Assembly (NCBI GenBank): GCA_965230515.1
Contig: OZ246007.1
Location: forward strand, 3,251,012 to 3,315,011
Source of the DNA: Pseudomonadales bacterium
GTDB lineage: Bacteria; Pseudomonadota; Gammaproteobacteria; Pseudomonadales; IMCC2047
Direction of reading: 5' to 3'
DNA length: 64,000 bases
This document shows positions 43,924 through 53,927 of the stretch, in pieces. Under the pieces are notes generated by a model. That model was not told the origin of the DNA, made no database searches, and was given only the letters and a program-made list of their open reading frames with translations. The position numbers and the translations under genes are program-made. Every line of letters starts with the position of its first letter. Positions within the stretch are counted from its first letter, which is position 1.

Positions 43924-46299
43924 ATGTTTCCGACAAATGATGAAGATTTACACCGCATCCGGCAGCGAGCGTCCCTGTACCGGGAGCGCTATCCGGCGTT
44001 CGCCCACTGGGCCGAGGGTTACGGCGTCATAAAACATAGTGACGAAACTCAGATCCGGGTGTTTGATTTGTGCCAGCAATTGTTGTGTAAGGACCGCTAT
44101 GATCAGCTTGATGGCCCGCTGGCTATTTTTTGTGCGGCGGACCGCCTGACCAGCGCCGCGATGTGGTTGGTGGCACACATGACATACGCTTCTAGGGTTT
44201 ATCTCGACGGTCGCGCATTGACGGCTGAGGACTTCAAGGCCAACCCGCAGGGACATACCGGTGGCTCGCTGAATATGGCGCCAGCCTATGTCGGCTATAT
44301 GGTCGCCAATACATTGGCTGGCACAACCCGCAGCTGGTTGATGGGGCAGGGGCACTGTGTCGCCGCAATCGACTCGGTCAACGTGCTGTTGGGCAATTTA
44401 TTGCCAGAACAGGCCGCTCGATATGGTTTGACGAATCAGGGTTTATCGCATCTGATCGAGGACTTTTACAGCTATGCCATTAACCAGGAAGGCCGCCCCG
44501 GCGTGCCCTTAGGCAGCCATGTCAATCCCCACACGGCTGGGGGTCTTATCGAAGGGGGGTATCTGGGTTTTGCCGAATTGCAGTATGTGCATATGCCGCT
44601 GCCGGGTGAACATCTGGTGGCGTTTCTCAGCGACGGTGCGTTCGAAGAACAACGCGGCAGCGACTGGGCCAGCCGCTGGTGGCGAGCGGAGGACTGTGGT
44701 CTGGTGACGCCGGTAATGATCGCCAATGGTCGTCGTATAGACCAGCGATCCATCATGTATCAACAAGGTGGTTTGGAATGGTTTTTTCAGCACCTGCAAC
44801 TGAATGGGTTCTATCCGATCGCCATTGATGGCAGGGATCCGGCGGCGTTTATTTGGGGAGTTTTTGAATCCGAAGCCCGTTTGCAGGCCTGCAGCGCACA
44901 GGTTCAGGCTGGCCATATGAGTTATCCGGTGAAATTACCTTACTTGATTGCCGAAACGATAAAAGGCTATGGTTTTTATGGTGAGGGAACCAATGCCGCA
45001 CATGGTGCGCCGCTACCTGAAAATCCTAAGTATGACCTTTCATCCCGTGGCTTGTTTAATGAGTCTGTAGCAGGTTTATTTGTATCTGAAAAAAAGCTCA
45101 GGCAGGCCGTATCGCAATTAAACACGCATGATAAAGATGCCCGGCTGCCGGAGAAGGATCATCCACTCTGCCGGAGGAATATTTCTCTTAGCTCAATCCC
45201 GGCATTTCAATGGGTAACCGTGGGTGCCGAATATTCCCCCATGGAAGCGATTGACAGGCAGTTCATTGCTCTAGTGTATGCTAATCCTCAATTGAGGGTA
45301 AGGGTTGGCAATCCCGATGAATTGCGCAGTAACCGTATGGGACATACGCTTGATAAGCTGAAACACCGTGTGCTGAAACAGGAAGACGGCGTGGCCGAGT
45401 CGATTCAGGGTGCTGTTATCACAGCCCTGAATGAAGAAGCTGTGGTGAGCGCAGCGCTAGGTAATAAAGGCGGAATTAACCTCGTGGTTTCCTATGAAGC
45501 CTTTGCCGTGAAAATGCTGGGAGCGATCCGTCAGGAGATCATTTTTGCACGTCACCAGAAAGAGTTAGGCCGTGCCCCTCAGTGGTTGTCGGTACCGGTA
45601 ATCGCTACATCGCATCTCTGGGAGAACGGTAAAAACGAACAGTCACACCAGGATTCATTATTTGGCGAGGCCTTAATGGGTGAAATGAGCGATGTAGCGC
45701 GTGTGGTATATCCCGCCGATGCGAATAGCGGCATCGCCTGTTTAAACGCCTGTTATCGGACACAGGGACAAATCTGGGCGCTCACGGTACCGAAACAACA
45801 GGTGAAGACCATTTTTAGCAAACAACAGGCGCAGCTCCTGGTGAGCCAGGGTGCTATAACCCTGGGGGAGAGCAACAATGCCGAAGTGCAGCTGGTTGCG
45901 GTGGGGGCTTATCAGCTCGATCTTTGTATCCAGATCCAACAAGAGCTTAGCGAAAATGGTATTTCTAGCTTTGTCACCTATTTGATGGAACCCGGCCGTT
46001 TTCGTAAGCCCAGAGATCGATCGGAACAGGCCTTTGTTAGCAGCGTTTCAGCTAAAGAAGCGCTGTTTCCTTCGAACATAGCCCTGCGTGTGTTTGTCGC
46101 TCACTTGCGCCCGGAAACCCTGCTTGGTGTGTGCAGGCCTTTGGACCTGGGACCGCAGCGCTGTATTGCCTTCGGCTACACCAACCAGGGCGGCACGTTG
46201 GACACCAACGGGCTGTTTAAGGCCAATGGCTGTGAACTTGAAACTGTAGCAGTTGCTGCGATACGGAAGTTAGTCCTTCTAAAAAAGAGTGAGTTATGA
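43924..46299 (+). CDS. xfp: phosphoketolase (xylulose-5-P/fructose-6-P)
   Basis: 791 aa, the typical Xfp length. TPP-enzyme motifs include GHTGGSLNMAPAYVGY and EGGYLGFAE. Confidence 0.9.
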   Translation: MFPTNDEDLHRIRQRASLYRERYPAFAHWAEGYGVIKHSDETQIRVFDLCQQLLCKDRYDQLDGPLAIFCAADRLTSAAMWLVAHMTYASRVYLDGRALTAEDFKANPQGHTGGSLNMAPAYVGYMVANTLAGTTRSWLMGQGHCVAAIDSVNVLLGNLLPEQAARYGLTNQGLSHLIEDFYSYAINQEGRPGVPLGSHVNPHTAGGLIEGGYLGFAELQYVHMPLPGEHLVAFLSDGAFEEQRGSDWASRWWRAEDCGLVTPVMIANGRRIDQRSIMYQQGGLEWFFQHLQLNGFYPIAIDGRDPAAFIWGVFESEARLQACSAQVQAGHMSYPVKLPYLIAETIKGYGFYGEGTNAAHGAPLPENPKYDLSSRGLFNESVAGLFVSEKKLRQAVSQLNTHDKDARLPEKDHPLCRRNISLSSIPAFQWVTVGAEYSPMEAIDRQFIALVYANPQLRVRVGNPDELRSNRMGHTLDKLKHRVLKQEDGVAESIQGAVITALNEEAVVSAALGNKGGINLVVSYEAFAVKMLGAIRQEIIFARHQKELGRAPQWLSVPVIATSHLWENGKNEQSHQDSLFGEALMGEMSDVARVVYPADANSGIACLNACYRTQGQIWALTVPKQQVKTIFSKQQAQLLVSQGAITLGESNNAEVQLVAVGAYQLDLCIQIQQELSENGISSFVTYLMEPGRFRKPRDRSEQAFVSSVSAKEALFPSNIALRVFVAHLRPETLLGVCRPLDLGPQRCIAFGYTNQGGTLDTNGLFKANGCELETVAVAAIRKLVLLKKSEL

Positions 46300-46877
46300 A
46301 AAGTTTTAATGATAATCGACGCAGATTTTTAACCGTTGCCACCTCCTTTGTCGCTGGTGCTGGCGCAGTGGGCCTGGCGATACCCTTTGTGCAATCCTGG
46401 ACTCCCAGTGCAAAAGTCAGGTCTTCGGGGGCGCCGGTTAAGGTGGATGTCTCGAAAATTGATCCTGGAGCCATTATCACCGTGGAATGGCAGCGCAAAC
46501 CGGTCTGGGTGTTGCGACGTACCAAAGATAACATTGAAGAACTTAAAGAGCCTGCCCACAAGAGCCTACTCAGGGATGCGGACTCCGAGATGAATCAGCA
46601 GCCGGATTATGCAAAAAACGCCTACCGCAGTATCCGTGGCGATATCTTTGTGGTGGTAGGTATTTGTACGCACCTGGGTTGTGTGCCGAACTATAAACCC
46701 GAGGGGATAGCGGGTGTTGATCACGCATTATTTTACTGCCCCTGTCACGGCTCCAAGTTCGATCTGGCCGGGCGGGTATTTAAAGGGGTGCCGGCCCCTA
46801 CCAACCTGATTATTCCTCCGCATCAGTACTTGGGAAACAACGTATTGGAGATCGGTTCCGATGCCACCACCAGCTAG
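46296..46877 (+). CDS. petA: Rieske [2Fe-2S] subunit of the ubiquinol-cytochrome c reductase type (orphan PetA paralogue)
   Basis: 193 aa with Tat signal NRRRFLTVATS, Rieske boxes CTHLGCVP and CPCHGSKFDLAGR, and bc1-type KPVWVLRRT. ATGA overlap with xfp. No cytochrome b or c1 gene follows. Confidence 0.85.
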   Translation: MKSFNDNRRRFLTVATSFVAGAGAVGLAIPFVQSWTPSAKVRSSGAPVKVDVSKIDPGAIITVEWQRKPVWVLRRTKDNIEELKEPAHKSLLRDADSEMNQQPDYAKNAYRSIRGDIFVVVGICTHLGCVPNYKPEGIAGVDHALFYCPCHGSKFDLAGRVFKGVPAPTNLIIPPHQYLGNNVLEIGSDATTS

Positions 46878-46930
46878 CGCCATTCAGCCAAAACCGCGCC
46901 ACCTAAGCAATCAAAGAAAAGGAAACAGCC

Positions 46931-47911
46931 ATGAACGATAAGTTTGAACAATCATTGCCGGACATACCCATTTCACCGCGTCAGATTGCTTTGGGTATTG
47001 TCATCGCGCTCGCGGTGTATCTGGGCTACAGCAGTTTTTACACAGTCTCGGCGGAATCCGTCGGCGTCGTACAGCGCTTTGGTCACTACCACTATGTCGT
47101 CGATCCTGGCCTGCATTTCAAAATTCCCTTCGGTGTTGATCAGGTGGTTCAGGTCCCAGTGAAACGTCAGCTCAAAGAAGAATTTGGCTTCGGTACACCC
47201 GGCGCGACGTTTACGCGACAGATGTCCGATCCCAGGGAATGGGAGCTGGAAACCACCATCGTTACCGGAGACTTGAATGCGGCGCTGGTGGAGTGGGTGA
47301 TTCAGTTTCGCATTGAGAACGCCTTCGACTTCCTATTCAAAGTGCGCGATCCGGGGGATGCCCTGCGGGACATTTCCGAATCGGTGATGCGCGAAGTTGT
47401 CGGTGATCGTACGGTAGATGAAGTGTTGACCATCGGTCGTCAGGACATTGAGGCCAATGCCCAGACCAAGATGCAGGAGGTGGTTAACCTCTATGAAATG
47501 GGCTTGCGCATAGATCAGGTGCAGCTCAAGAACGTCAATCCGCCGAAACCGGTAAAGGCTTCCTTTGATGAAGTCAACGAAGCGCAGCAGGAACGTGAGC
47601 GCATGATTAATGTAGCCCGCGGCGAGTACAACAAGGCCGTACCCCAAGCCAGGGGTACGGCGGAACGCTCCATCCAGGCAGGGGAAGGGTATGCGATCCA
47701 GCGTGTCAATCAGGCGGAAGGGGACGCGGCCAAATTTAACGCGCTGCTGGCTGAATATATCAAGGCACCGGGGGTTACCAAGCGGCGACTCTACCTGGAA
47801 ACCCTGCAGGAGGTATTGCCAGTCGTGAAAAACAAAATTGTGCTCGACGATAAAGCAGCGTCCGTTTTGCCGTTGCTGCAACTCAACGCCATGCAAGGAG
47901 AACCCCGATGA
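46931..47911 (+). CDS. hflK: SPFH/band-7 protein, HflK-like FtsH modulator
   Basis: 326 aa with an N-terminal TM, then FYTVSAESVGVVQRFGHYHYVVDPGLHFKIPFGVDQV (HflK pattern). Confidence 0.8.
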   Translation: MNDKFEQSLPDIPISPRQIALGIVIALAVYLGYSSFYTVSAESVGVVQRFGHYHYVVDPGLHFKIPFGVDQVVQVPVKRQLKEEFGFGTPGATFTRQMSDPREWELETTIVTGDLNAALVEWVIQFRIENAFDFLFKVRDPGDALRDISESVMREVVGDRTVDEVLTIGRQDIEANAQTKMQEVVNLYEMGLRIDQVQLKNVNPPKPVKASFDEVNEAQQERERMINVARGEYNKAVPQARGTAERSIQAGEGYAIQRVNQAEGDAAKFNALLAEYIKAPGVTKRRLYLETLQEVLPVVKNKIVLDDKAASVLPLLQLNAMQGEPR

Positions 47912-48861
47912 ACAGATTCATCTACATCGCGCTGGCGGTATTATTTCCGCTACTGATCGTTGCCTATGAAGCGTTCTATACCGTGAACGAAACCGAGCAG
48001 GTGATCATGACGCAGTTCGGTAAACCCGTGGGCGGAATTGTTAATGAAGCCGGCCTGAAATTAAAGATTCCCTTTATCCAGAAAGTCAATCGTATCGAAA
48101 AACGGATATTGCTTTGGGATGGTTCCGCCAACGATATGCCGACCAAGGACAAGCTTTATATCACGGTTGATACCTTCGGCCGCTGGCGCATCAAAGATCC
48201 GCTGCAGTACTTCCTGCGGTTACGGGACGAGCGCAGTGCCCAGTCCCGGCTGGAGGATATTCTCGGCAGTGAAACCCGCAATGCCGTCGCCAAACACGAA
48301 TTGATTGAAATTGTCCGAACCACCAAAGACAGAACGCCTGCTGTTGATCCCCTGCTGGCAGAAGCGGACGTTGGAAAATTGCTACCGATTAAGCGCGGCA
48401 GGCGGCAAATTGAAGAGGATATTTTTTCCGCCGCGTCCGTAAAACTGGCGGAATTCGGTATTGAGTTGCTCGATATCCGGTTTAAGCGGATTAACTATAA
48501 CGAAAGCGTCCGGCAGAAAATCTACGCCAGAATGATCAGTGAACGCCAGCAGATTGCTGAGCGGTTTCGTTCCGAAGGTGCCGGTGAGGCCGCCAAAATT
48601 ATCGGCAACAAGGAAAAAGACCTGCAGCGTATTGAGTCCGAAGCGTACCGAAAAATTCAATCTATTCAAGGTGTGGCCGATGCCAAAGCCACAGAAATCT
48701 ATGCGGCGGCCTACAACCAAACCAAGTCGTCACGTGAACTGTATGACCTTGTGAAGACATTGGAAACCTACAAGCAGGTGATTGATCCTTCCACCACGCT
48801 GGTATTAACCACCGAAAGCGAGTTGTACCAGTTGTTGAATGGCGTGGGCCAGCAACCCTGA
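47908..48861 (+). CDS. hflC: SPFH/band-7 protein, HflC-like FtsH modulator
   Basis: 317 aa. FYTVNETEQVIMTQFGKPV...GLKLKIPFIQKV. 4-nt overlap with hflK. Confidence 0.8.
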   Translation: MNRFIYIALAVLFPLLIVAYEAFYTVNETEQVIMTQFGKPVGGIVNEAGLKLKIPFIQKVNRIEKRILLWDGSANDMPTKDKLYITVDTFGRWRIKDPLQYFLRLRDERSAQSRLEDILGSETRNAVAKHELIEIVRTTKDRTPAVDPLLAEADVGKLLPIKRGRRQIEEDIFSAASVKLAEFGIELLDIRFKRINYNESVRQKIYARMISERQQIAERFRSEGAGEAAKIIGNKEKDLQRIESEAYRKIQSIQGVADAKATEIYAAAYNQTKSSRELYDLVKTLETYKQVIDPSTTLVLTTESELYQLLNGVGQQP

Positions 48862-48871
48862 GGAGGTTTTG

Positions 48872-49369
48872 ATGAACAAACTGGAATTCACGATTCACTG
48901 CCCTGTTTGTTATATGACAAAAATCAACCGATCACTGTTGGTGAACTATCAGGGCGTTGATCACTATTTTTGTTCGACCCAGTGTCTGGAGCGATTTAAG
49001 TCCCATCCACATCTGTTTGTGGGTGACCCCCAACATGGCAAGTCACCCAAGCAGAAAGACCAGGTGGTGTTAAAGAAGCGTCGCATTCGATTTTGCGAAG
49101 CCATCAGCGATCCCCTTAAAGCAGAACTGGAAGCCTCACTGCAGATGCTGATGGGTGTTGAAGCAATTGTGTTTGAAGGTGAAGACTTGTACGTGACTTA
49201 CGACCTCATTCAAGTCTCTCTGGAGGATATTGAAAAAGCCATCGAGAAAGCGGCAGTTGGGTTTCGCAAAGGTGTGTTGGATCAGGTTAAACGGGGACTG
49301 ATTCATTACAGCGAGGAGTGTGAACTCGACAACCTTGCACACCTGACCAAGGACGGTGGTTGTCACTGA
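48872..49369 (+). CDS. YHS/TRASH-type zinc-finger protein fused to an HMA-like domain with a C-terminal CH
   Basis: AGGAGG lies 5 nt before the ATG. CPVCYM...YQGVDHYFCSTQCLERFKSHPHLF is a YHS/TRASH motif. The C-terminal half is paralogous to 32015-32359 and ends GGCH. Confidence 0.6.
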   Translation: MNKLEFTIHCPVCYMTKINRSLLVNYQGVDHYFCSTQCLERFKSHPHLFVGDPQHGKSPKQKDQVVLKKRRIRFCEAISDPLKAELEASLQMLMGVEAIVFEGEDLYVTYDLIQVSLEDIEKAIEKAAVGFRKGVLDQVKRGLIHYSEECELDNLAHLTKDGGCH

Positions 49370-49379
49370 GGAAAATGCA

Positions 49380-51242
49380 ATGAATAAAAAGCAGCAATTG
49401 AATCTGGTCTACCTGTTTGTGGCGCTGTGGGGGGTTGTGCTGTTTCAGAGCTTCTGGGGACACACAGCTAGTCAGGCTCAACTGAGTTACAGCGAGTTTG
49501 AGCGCTACCTGCAACAGGGCTGGTTAAAAGACCTGGTGGTTGATCAGCAAACCATTCGCGGCAGCTTCAAGGAGCCGATTGAGGGCAAAGACCACTTCGT
49601 TACACCCCGGGTCGATATCGACCTGGCGGAAAAACTCGCCCCCTATAACGTGGACTACAAGGGTGTTGTCTCCGGTGGGCCGCTTGCCACATTAATCGGC
49701 TGGATCGCTCCGGCACTGGTGTTTTTCCTGGTGTGGTTTTTGATGTTCCGTAAATTTGCCGACAAGCAGGGCATGGGCGGCATGATGAATATCGGTAAGA
49801 GCAAAGCCAAGGTGTTGGTTGAGAAAGATACGGGCGTCACGTTTGATGACGTGGCTGGGGTGGATGAGGCCAAGGAAGAATTGGTGGAAGTGGTGCAGTT
49901 CTTAAAAGAACCGGGGAGATATAGCCGATTGGGTGCCCATATTCCCAAGGGGGTATTACTGGTTGGCCCGCCGGGTACCGGTAAAACACTGATCGCCCGC
50001 GCCGTGGCGGGGGAGGCCGGAGTGGCGTTCTTTTCCATTAGCGGCTCGGAATTTATCGAAATGTTTGTCGGTGTTGGTGCCGCCAGAGTGCGGGATCTGT
50101 TTGAACAGGCCAAGCAACATGCCCCCGCCATTATTTTTATCGACGAACTGGATGCCTTGGGTCGTGTGCGCGGTGTAGGCCCCATGTCCGGGGGCCACGA
50201 TGAGCGTGAACAAACCCTGAATCAGTTACTCAGCGAACTGGATGGTTTTAATCCCTCTGAAGGCGTGATCATTCTCGCAGCCACCAACCGGCCCGAAATC
50301 CTCGACCCGGCCTTACTACGCGCTGGCCGCTTTGACCGTCAGGTATTGGTCGACCGCCCGGATAAAGTCGGCCGTGGACAGATACTTCGCGTCCATATGG
50401 TAAAGATACAGGCCGATGATACGGTCAGCATAGAAGCAGTTGCGTCGCTAACCACCGGATTCAGTGGCGCGGACCTGGCGAACCTGGTTAATGAAGCGGC
50501 GCTGCTCGCCACCCGGCGCGGTGCCGACAGTGTCTCCATGGAGGATTTTGTCAATGCCATCGAGCGCATCATTGCTGGCTTGGAGAAGAAAAACAAACTG
50601 ATCAATCCACAGGAAAAGGCCGTCGTCGCGCATCACGAAATGGGTCATGCCCTGGTGGGCATGGCGCTCAGCCCGGAACAGCCGATTCAAAAAGTCTCCA
50701 TAATCCCCCGTGGTGTGGGAGCGCTTGGCTACACCATCCAGCGCCCCTCGGAAGATCGCTATTTAATGAGCAAAAAAGATTTGCAGAATCGTATCGCCGT
50801 GCTGTTGGCGGGGAGAGCGGCGGAGCAACTGATCTTCGACGAAGTGACCACCGGCGCCGCCGACGATTTGGTGAAAGCCACGGATATTGCCCGAGCCATG
50901 GTGACCCAGTATGGCATGTCGGACGAGATCGGCATGCTGTCCATTGATACGCCAAAATCGCCGTTTCTCGATCCATCCATCACTGATTCCAGCCTGCGTT
51001 TCGGCCCCGATATGGCACAGCGGGTATCGGCAGCCGTCAGCCAACTGTTGAATGACGCTTTTGCCCTGGCGACGGATATCCTCACGCTCAATCAGTCGTT
51101 ACTGGAAGAAACCGCCCAACGGTTGCTGGCGGAGGAAACCCTGGACGATCAACATCTGTCTGGCATCAAACAGAAAATCACTGTGTCCAGGGCGATTCAA
51201 CAAGTGGCTTTTTCCGCCTTCACGTCTGCGGAGAACCATTAA
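49380..51242 (+). CDS. ftsH: ATP-dependent zinc metalloprotease FtsH (accessory copy)
   Basis: Two N-terminal TM helices, Walker A GPPGTGKT, a second region of homology and the Zn site HEMGHA. Confidence 0.92.
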   Translation: MNKKQQLNLVYLFVALWGVVLFQSFWGHTASQAQLSYSEFERYLQQGWLKDLVVDQQTIRGSFKEPIEGKDHFVTPRVDIDLAEKLAPYNVDYKGVVSGGPLATLIGWIAPALVFFLVWFLMFRKFADKQGMGGMMNIGKSKAKVLVEKDTGVTFDDVAGVDEAKEELVEVVQFLKEPGRYSRLGAHIPKGVLLVGPPGTGKTLIARAVAGEAGVAFFSISGSEFIEMFVGVGAARVRDLFEQAKQHAPAIIFIDELDALGRVRGVGPMSGGHDEREQTLNQLLSELDGFNPSEGVIILAATNRPEILDPALLRAGRFDRQVLVDRPDKVGRGQILRVHMVKIQADDTVSIEAVASLTTGFSGADLANLVNEAALLATRRGADSVSMEDFVNAIERIIAGLEKKNKLINPQEKAVVAHHEMGHALVGMALSPEQPIQKVSIIPRGVGALGYTIQRPSEDRYLMSKKDLQNRIAVLLAGRAAEQLIFDEVTTGAADDLVKATDIARAMVTQYGMSDEIGMLSIDTPKSPFLDPSITDSSLRFGPDMAQRVSAAVSQLLNDAFALATDILTLNQSLLEETAQRLLAEETLDDQHLSGIKQKITVSRAIQQVAFSAFTSAENH

Positions 51243-51323
51243 TGCAGGCGAGAGTAAGGCGCATCAATCAGATCGTCTTCAGTCGCCACGGCATTATGGG
51301 CCGTGGAGGATGTAATACGTGCT

Positions 51324-52583
51324 ATGAATGACTACCAAACGCAACTTTCCCATCTGATGCTGTTCGCCCAAAGCATCGGCATCGGCTTTCTGATCGGGCT
51401 CGAACGGGAGCGCCACAATAACGCCATTGCCGGGGTGCGCACGTTTACCCTGATTGCGCTCGCCGGCAGTCTGGCCGGCTATATTGCTACACCTGAACAG
51501 AATGTGGGGCTGGCCATTGCGATTGGTCTGTTGGTTGGTCTTTCATTGGTCGTTGCGCAGGCAAAATCAACATCCGAAGAGTCGGATACGACGACGGTGA
51601 TGGCCGGGTTAATCGCTTTTGCGCTTGGCTACAGTCTGTGGCTGGGACATCCGTTGTTGCCGGCGACTTTAGCCATCGCTATCACCGCTATTTTGTATTT
51701 CCGCGAGCAATTGCGGCAGGTGCCGCAGCAGTTGACGGATAAGGATATCCGGTCGTTCTTCCAGTTTGCGGCGGTCGCGTTTATTTTGCTGCCCATCCTG
51801 CCTGATACCACCTATGGTCCCTATGCGGTGTTTAACCCGTATCAAACCGGTTGGCTGGTGGTGTTGATCAGCGGTATCAGTCTCGCCGGTTACGTAGCGC
51901 TACGCTGTCTGGACGGCAAGGCAGGGCTGCTGATTCTCGGCTTGTTTGGTGGCCTGGTTTCCACCACCGCGACGACCCTCGTCTATGCGCGACACAGTAA
52001 GAGCCTACGGGGATTTTCCACCGTTGCCAGCACCATCATCCTGCTCTCGCACATTGTCCTGTTCATTCGCGTTGGTATCCTGGTTTCAGTGGTAGAGCCT
52101 TCGATGTTGCGGCCCATGTTGCCTTGGTTATTAGGCGGCGGTTTAGTGGGTGGTGTTTATGGGCTTTGGGCTTATCGTCGTGCTGTCAGTGCACAAAAAG
52201 CCCTCCCGGATCTGGAGGTCAGAAATCCGGCGGAGCTGAAAACGGCGCTGGGCTTTGCGGCGGCATTCGCTGTGGTATTGCTACTGGTATCGTGGATGAA
52301 CGACAACTTCGCCGATACCGGTGTTTATGTCGTGGCCTTTATCTCAGGTTTGACGGACCTGGATGCCATTACCATTTCCAATCTTAAATTGGTATCGAGC
52401 CAGACACTCAGTTCACCAGTGGCGGTAACCGCCATCGTTATCGCCTTCGTAGCCAACCTGATTTTTAAGTACGCGATTGTCCTGACGGCGGGGGCTAAGA
52501 CGTTGCGTCTTCCGGTGGCCATGGGCTTTTTAACCTTGTTGATCGGCATCGCGTTGGGTCTCGCTGCGGATCGTTTCTTGTAA
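51324..52583 (+). CDS. MgtC/SapB-family membrane protein with a DUF4010-like C-terminal half
   Basis: About 419 aa. The N-terminus IGIGFLIGLERERHNNAIAGVRTFTLIALAG is the MgtC motif. Polytopic throughout. Confidence 0.72.
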   Translation: MNDYQTQLSHLMLFAQSIGIGFLIGLERERHNNAIAGVRTFTLIALAGSLAGYIATPEQNVGLAIAIGLLVGLSLVVAQAKSTSEESDTTTVMAGLIAFALGYSLWLGHPLLPATLAIAITAILYFREQLRQVPQQLTDKDIRSFFQFAAVAFILLPILPDTTYGPYAVFNPYQTGWLVVLISGISLAGYVALRCLDGKAGLLILGLFGGLVSTTATTLVYARHSKSLRGFSTVASTIILLSHIVLFIRVGILVSVVEPSMLRPMLPWLLGGGLVGGVYGLWAYRRAVSAQKALPDLEVRNPAELKTALGFAAAFAVVLLLVSWMNDNFADTGVYVVAFISGLTDLDAITISNLKLVSSQTLSSPVAVTAIVIAFVANLIFKYAIVLTAGAKTLRLPVAMGFLTLLIGIALGLAADRFL

Positions 52584-52612
52584 CCCCTATAACCCTGACG
52601 ATGGAGAAGATT

Positions 52613-53245
52613 ATGACAACGTTGATAAACGCTCGATGGAAACTCAGACCATTATTCCCCCGCGCTCTGCTGGTTCTGTTATTTACGCTGCCGTGGTTAA
52701 GCGGCTGCGGCGTTAACAACATCCCCACCTACGATGAGCAGGCGAAAGCTGCCTGGGCCCAGGTGGAGAATCAGTACCAGCGGCGTGCGGATCTGGTTCC
52801 CAATCTAGTCGCCACCGTCAAAGGTTATGCCGCCCATGAACAGGAAACGCTGATAGCGGTGACTGAGGCCCGCGCCAAAGTCGGTTCCATTCAGGCGGGC
52901 AAAGATCTACTTGATAATCCACAGAAGCTACAGCAGTTTCAGGCAGCTCAGAGCGAGCTGGGAAGTGCGCTACAGCGTCTTATGGTCGTCGTTGAGCGCT
53001 ATCCCGATTTGAAAGCCAATCAAAATTTTCTGGCGTTGCAATCCCAGTTGGAAGGCACTGAGAACCGAATCAGCGTCGCCCGTCGCGATTTTATTCAGGC
53101 AGTCAACCAATACAACAGGGAGATAAGAACCTTTCCCGGCAGGATCTGGCACTGGATTCTTTACAGTGATATGCCGCTACGGGAAACCTATGAGGCTACG
53201 AACCAGAATGCAGAACAGGCGCCCAAGGTAGATTTCAATGACTAG
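52613..53245 (+). CDS. lemA: LemA-family lipoprotein
   Basis: GGAGAAG SD before ATG 52613 and lipobox LSGC. YDEQAKAAWAQVENQYQRRADLVPNLV is the LemA signature. Confidence 0.85.
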   Translation: MTTLINARWKLRPLFPRALLVLLFTLPWLSGCGVNNIPTYDEQAKAAWAQVENQYQRRADLVPNLVATVKGYAAHEQETLIAVTEARAKVGSIQAGKDLLDNPQKLQQFQAAQSELGSALQRLMVVVERYPDLKANQNFLALQSQLEGTENRISVARRDFIQAVNQYNREIRTFPGRIWHWILYSDMPLRETYEATNQNAEQAPKVDFND

Positions 53246-53927
53246 CGTATGGCGAATCAGTACCTGCCTACTGCTGCTCTGGGCCAGTCTGCCGCTCTTC
53301 GCGGCGGTCTCCTTCCCCCCGCTCAGCGGTCGGGTGGTCGATCAGGCCGGGTTGCTGGATTCCGGCACGGCACAACAGCTTGAGCAGCAGTTGCAGGCCC
53401 ACGAGGCCGCGACTGGCAATCAACTGGTGGTGGTTACGCTGAAGGACCTGCAAGGGCTGGCAATCGAGGACTACGGCTACCAGCTGGGACGGGCGTGGGG
53501 TATCGGACAGAAAGGTAAGGACAATGGCGCCTTGCTGATCGTGGTGCCAGGTCTTCGCAAGGTACGTATCGAAGTGGGATATGGCCTGGAAGGCGAGCTG
53601 ACCGATGCGCTGTCTGCCAACATTATACAGGCGGTGATCCTGCCGCAGTTTCGTGATAGCAACTTCGCCCAGGGTATTACCGAAGGTGTGGATGCCATTA
53701 TTCAGGCCATGGGTGGACAATACCGTTTCAGATCGCCCCAGAATCAATCCAATGAATTGCCACCCTGGTGGGTGATTTTCTTTCTTCCCCTGATCTTTCT
53801 ACGGCGCTTTGGCATGGGGGGATTTTATGGCCACCATGGTGGCCATTACGGTGGTTCGCGCCGGGGCGGTGGATTCGGCGGCGGTGGCGGTGGTTTTGGT
53901 GGCGGCGGCGCCTCGGGAGGTTGGTGA
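53238..53927 (+). CDS. TPM-domain protein (YgcG-like) with a Gly-rich C-terminal tail
   Basis: Signal peptide, then the TPM pattern GRVVDQAGLL...QLVVVTL...GALLIVVPGLRKVRIEVGYGLEG, one TM helix, and the tail GGGFGGGGGGFGGGGASGGW. Confidence 0.8.
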   Translation: MTSVWRISTCLLLLWASLPLFAAVSFPPLSGRVVDQAGLLDSGTAQQLEQQLQAHEAATGNQLVVVTLKDLQGLAIEDYGYQLGRAWGIGQKGKDNGALLIVVPGLRKVRIEVGYGLEGELTDALSANIIQAVILPQFRDSNFAQGITEGVDAIIQAMGGQYRFRSPQNQSNELPPWWVIFFLPLIFLRRFGMGGFYGHHGGHYGGSRRGGGFGGGGGGFGGGGASGGW

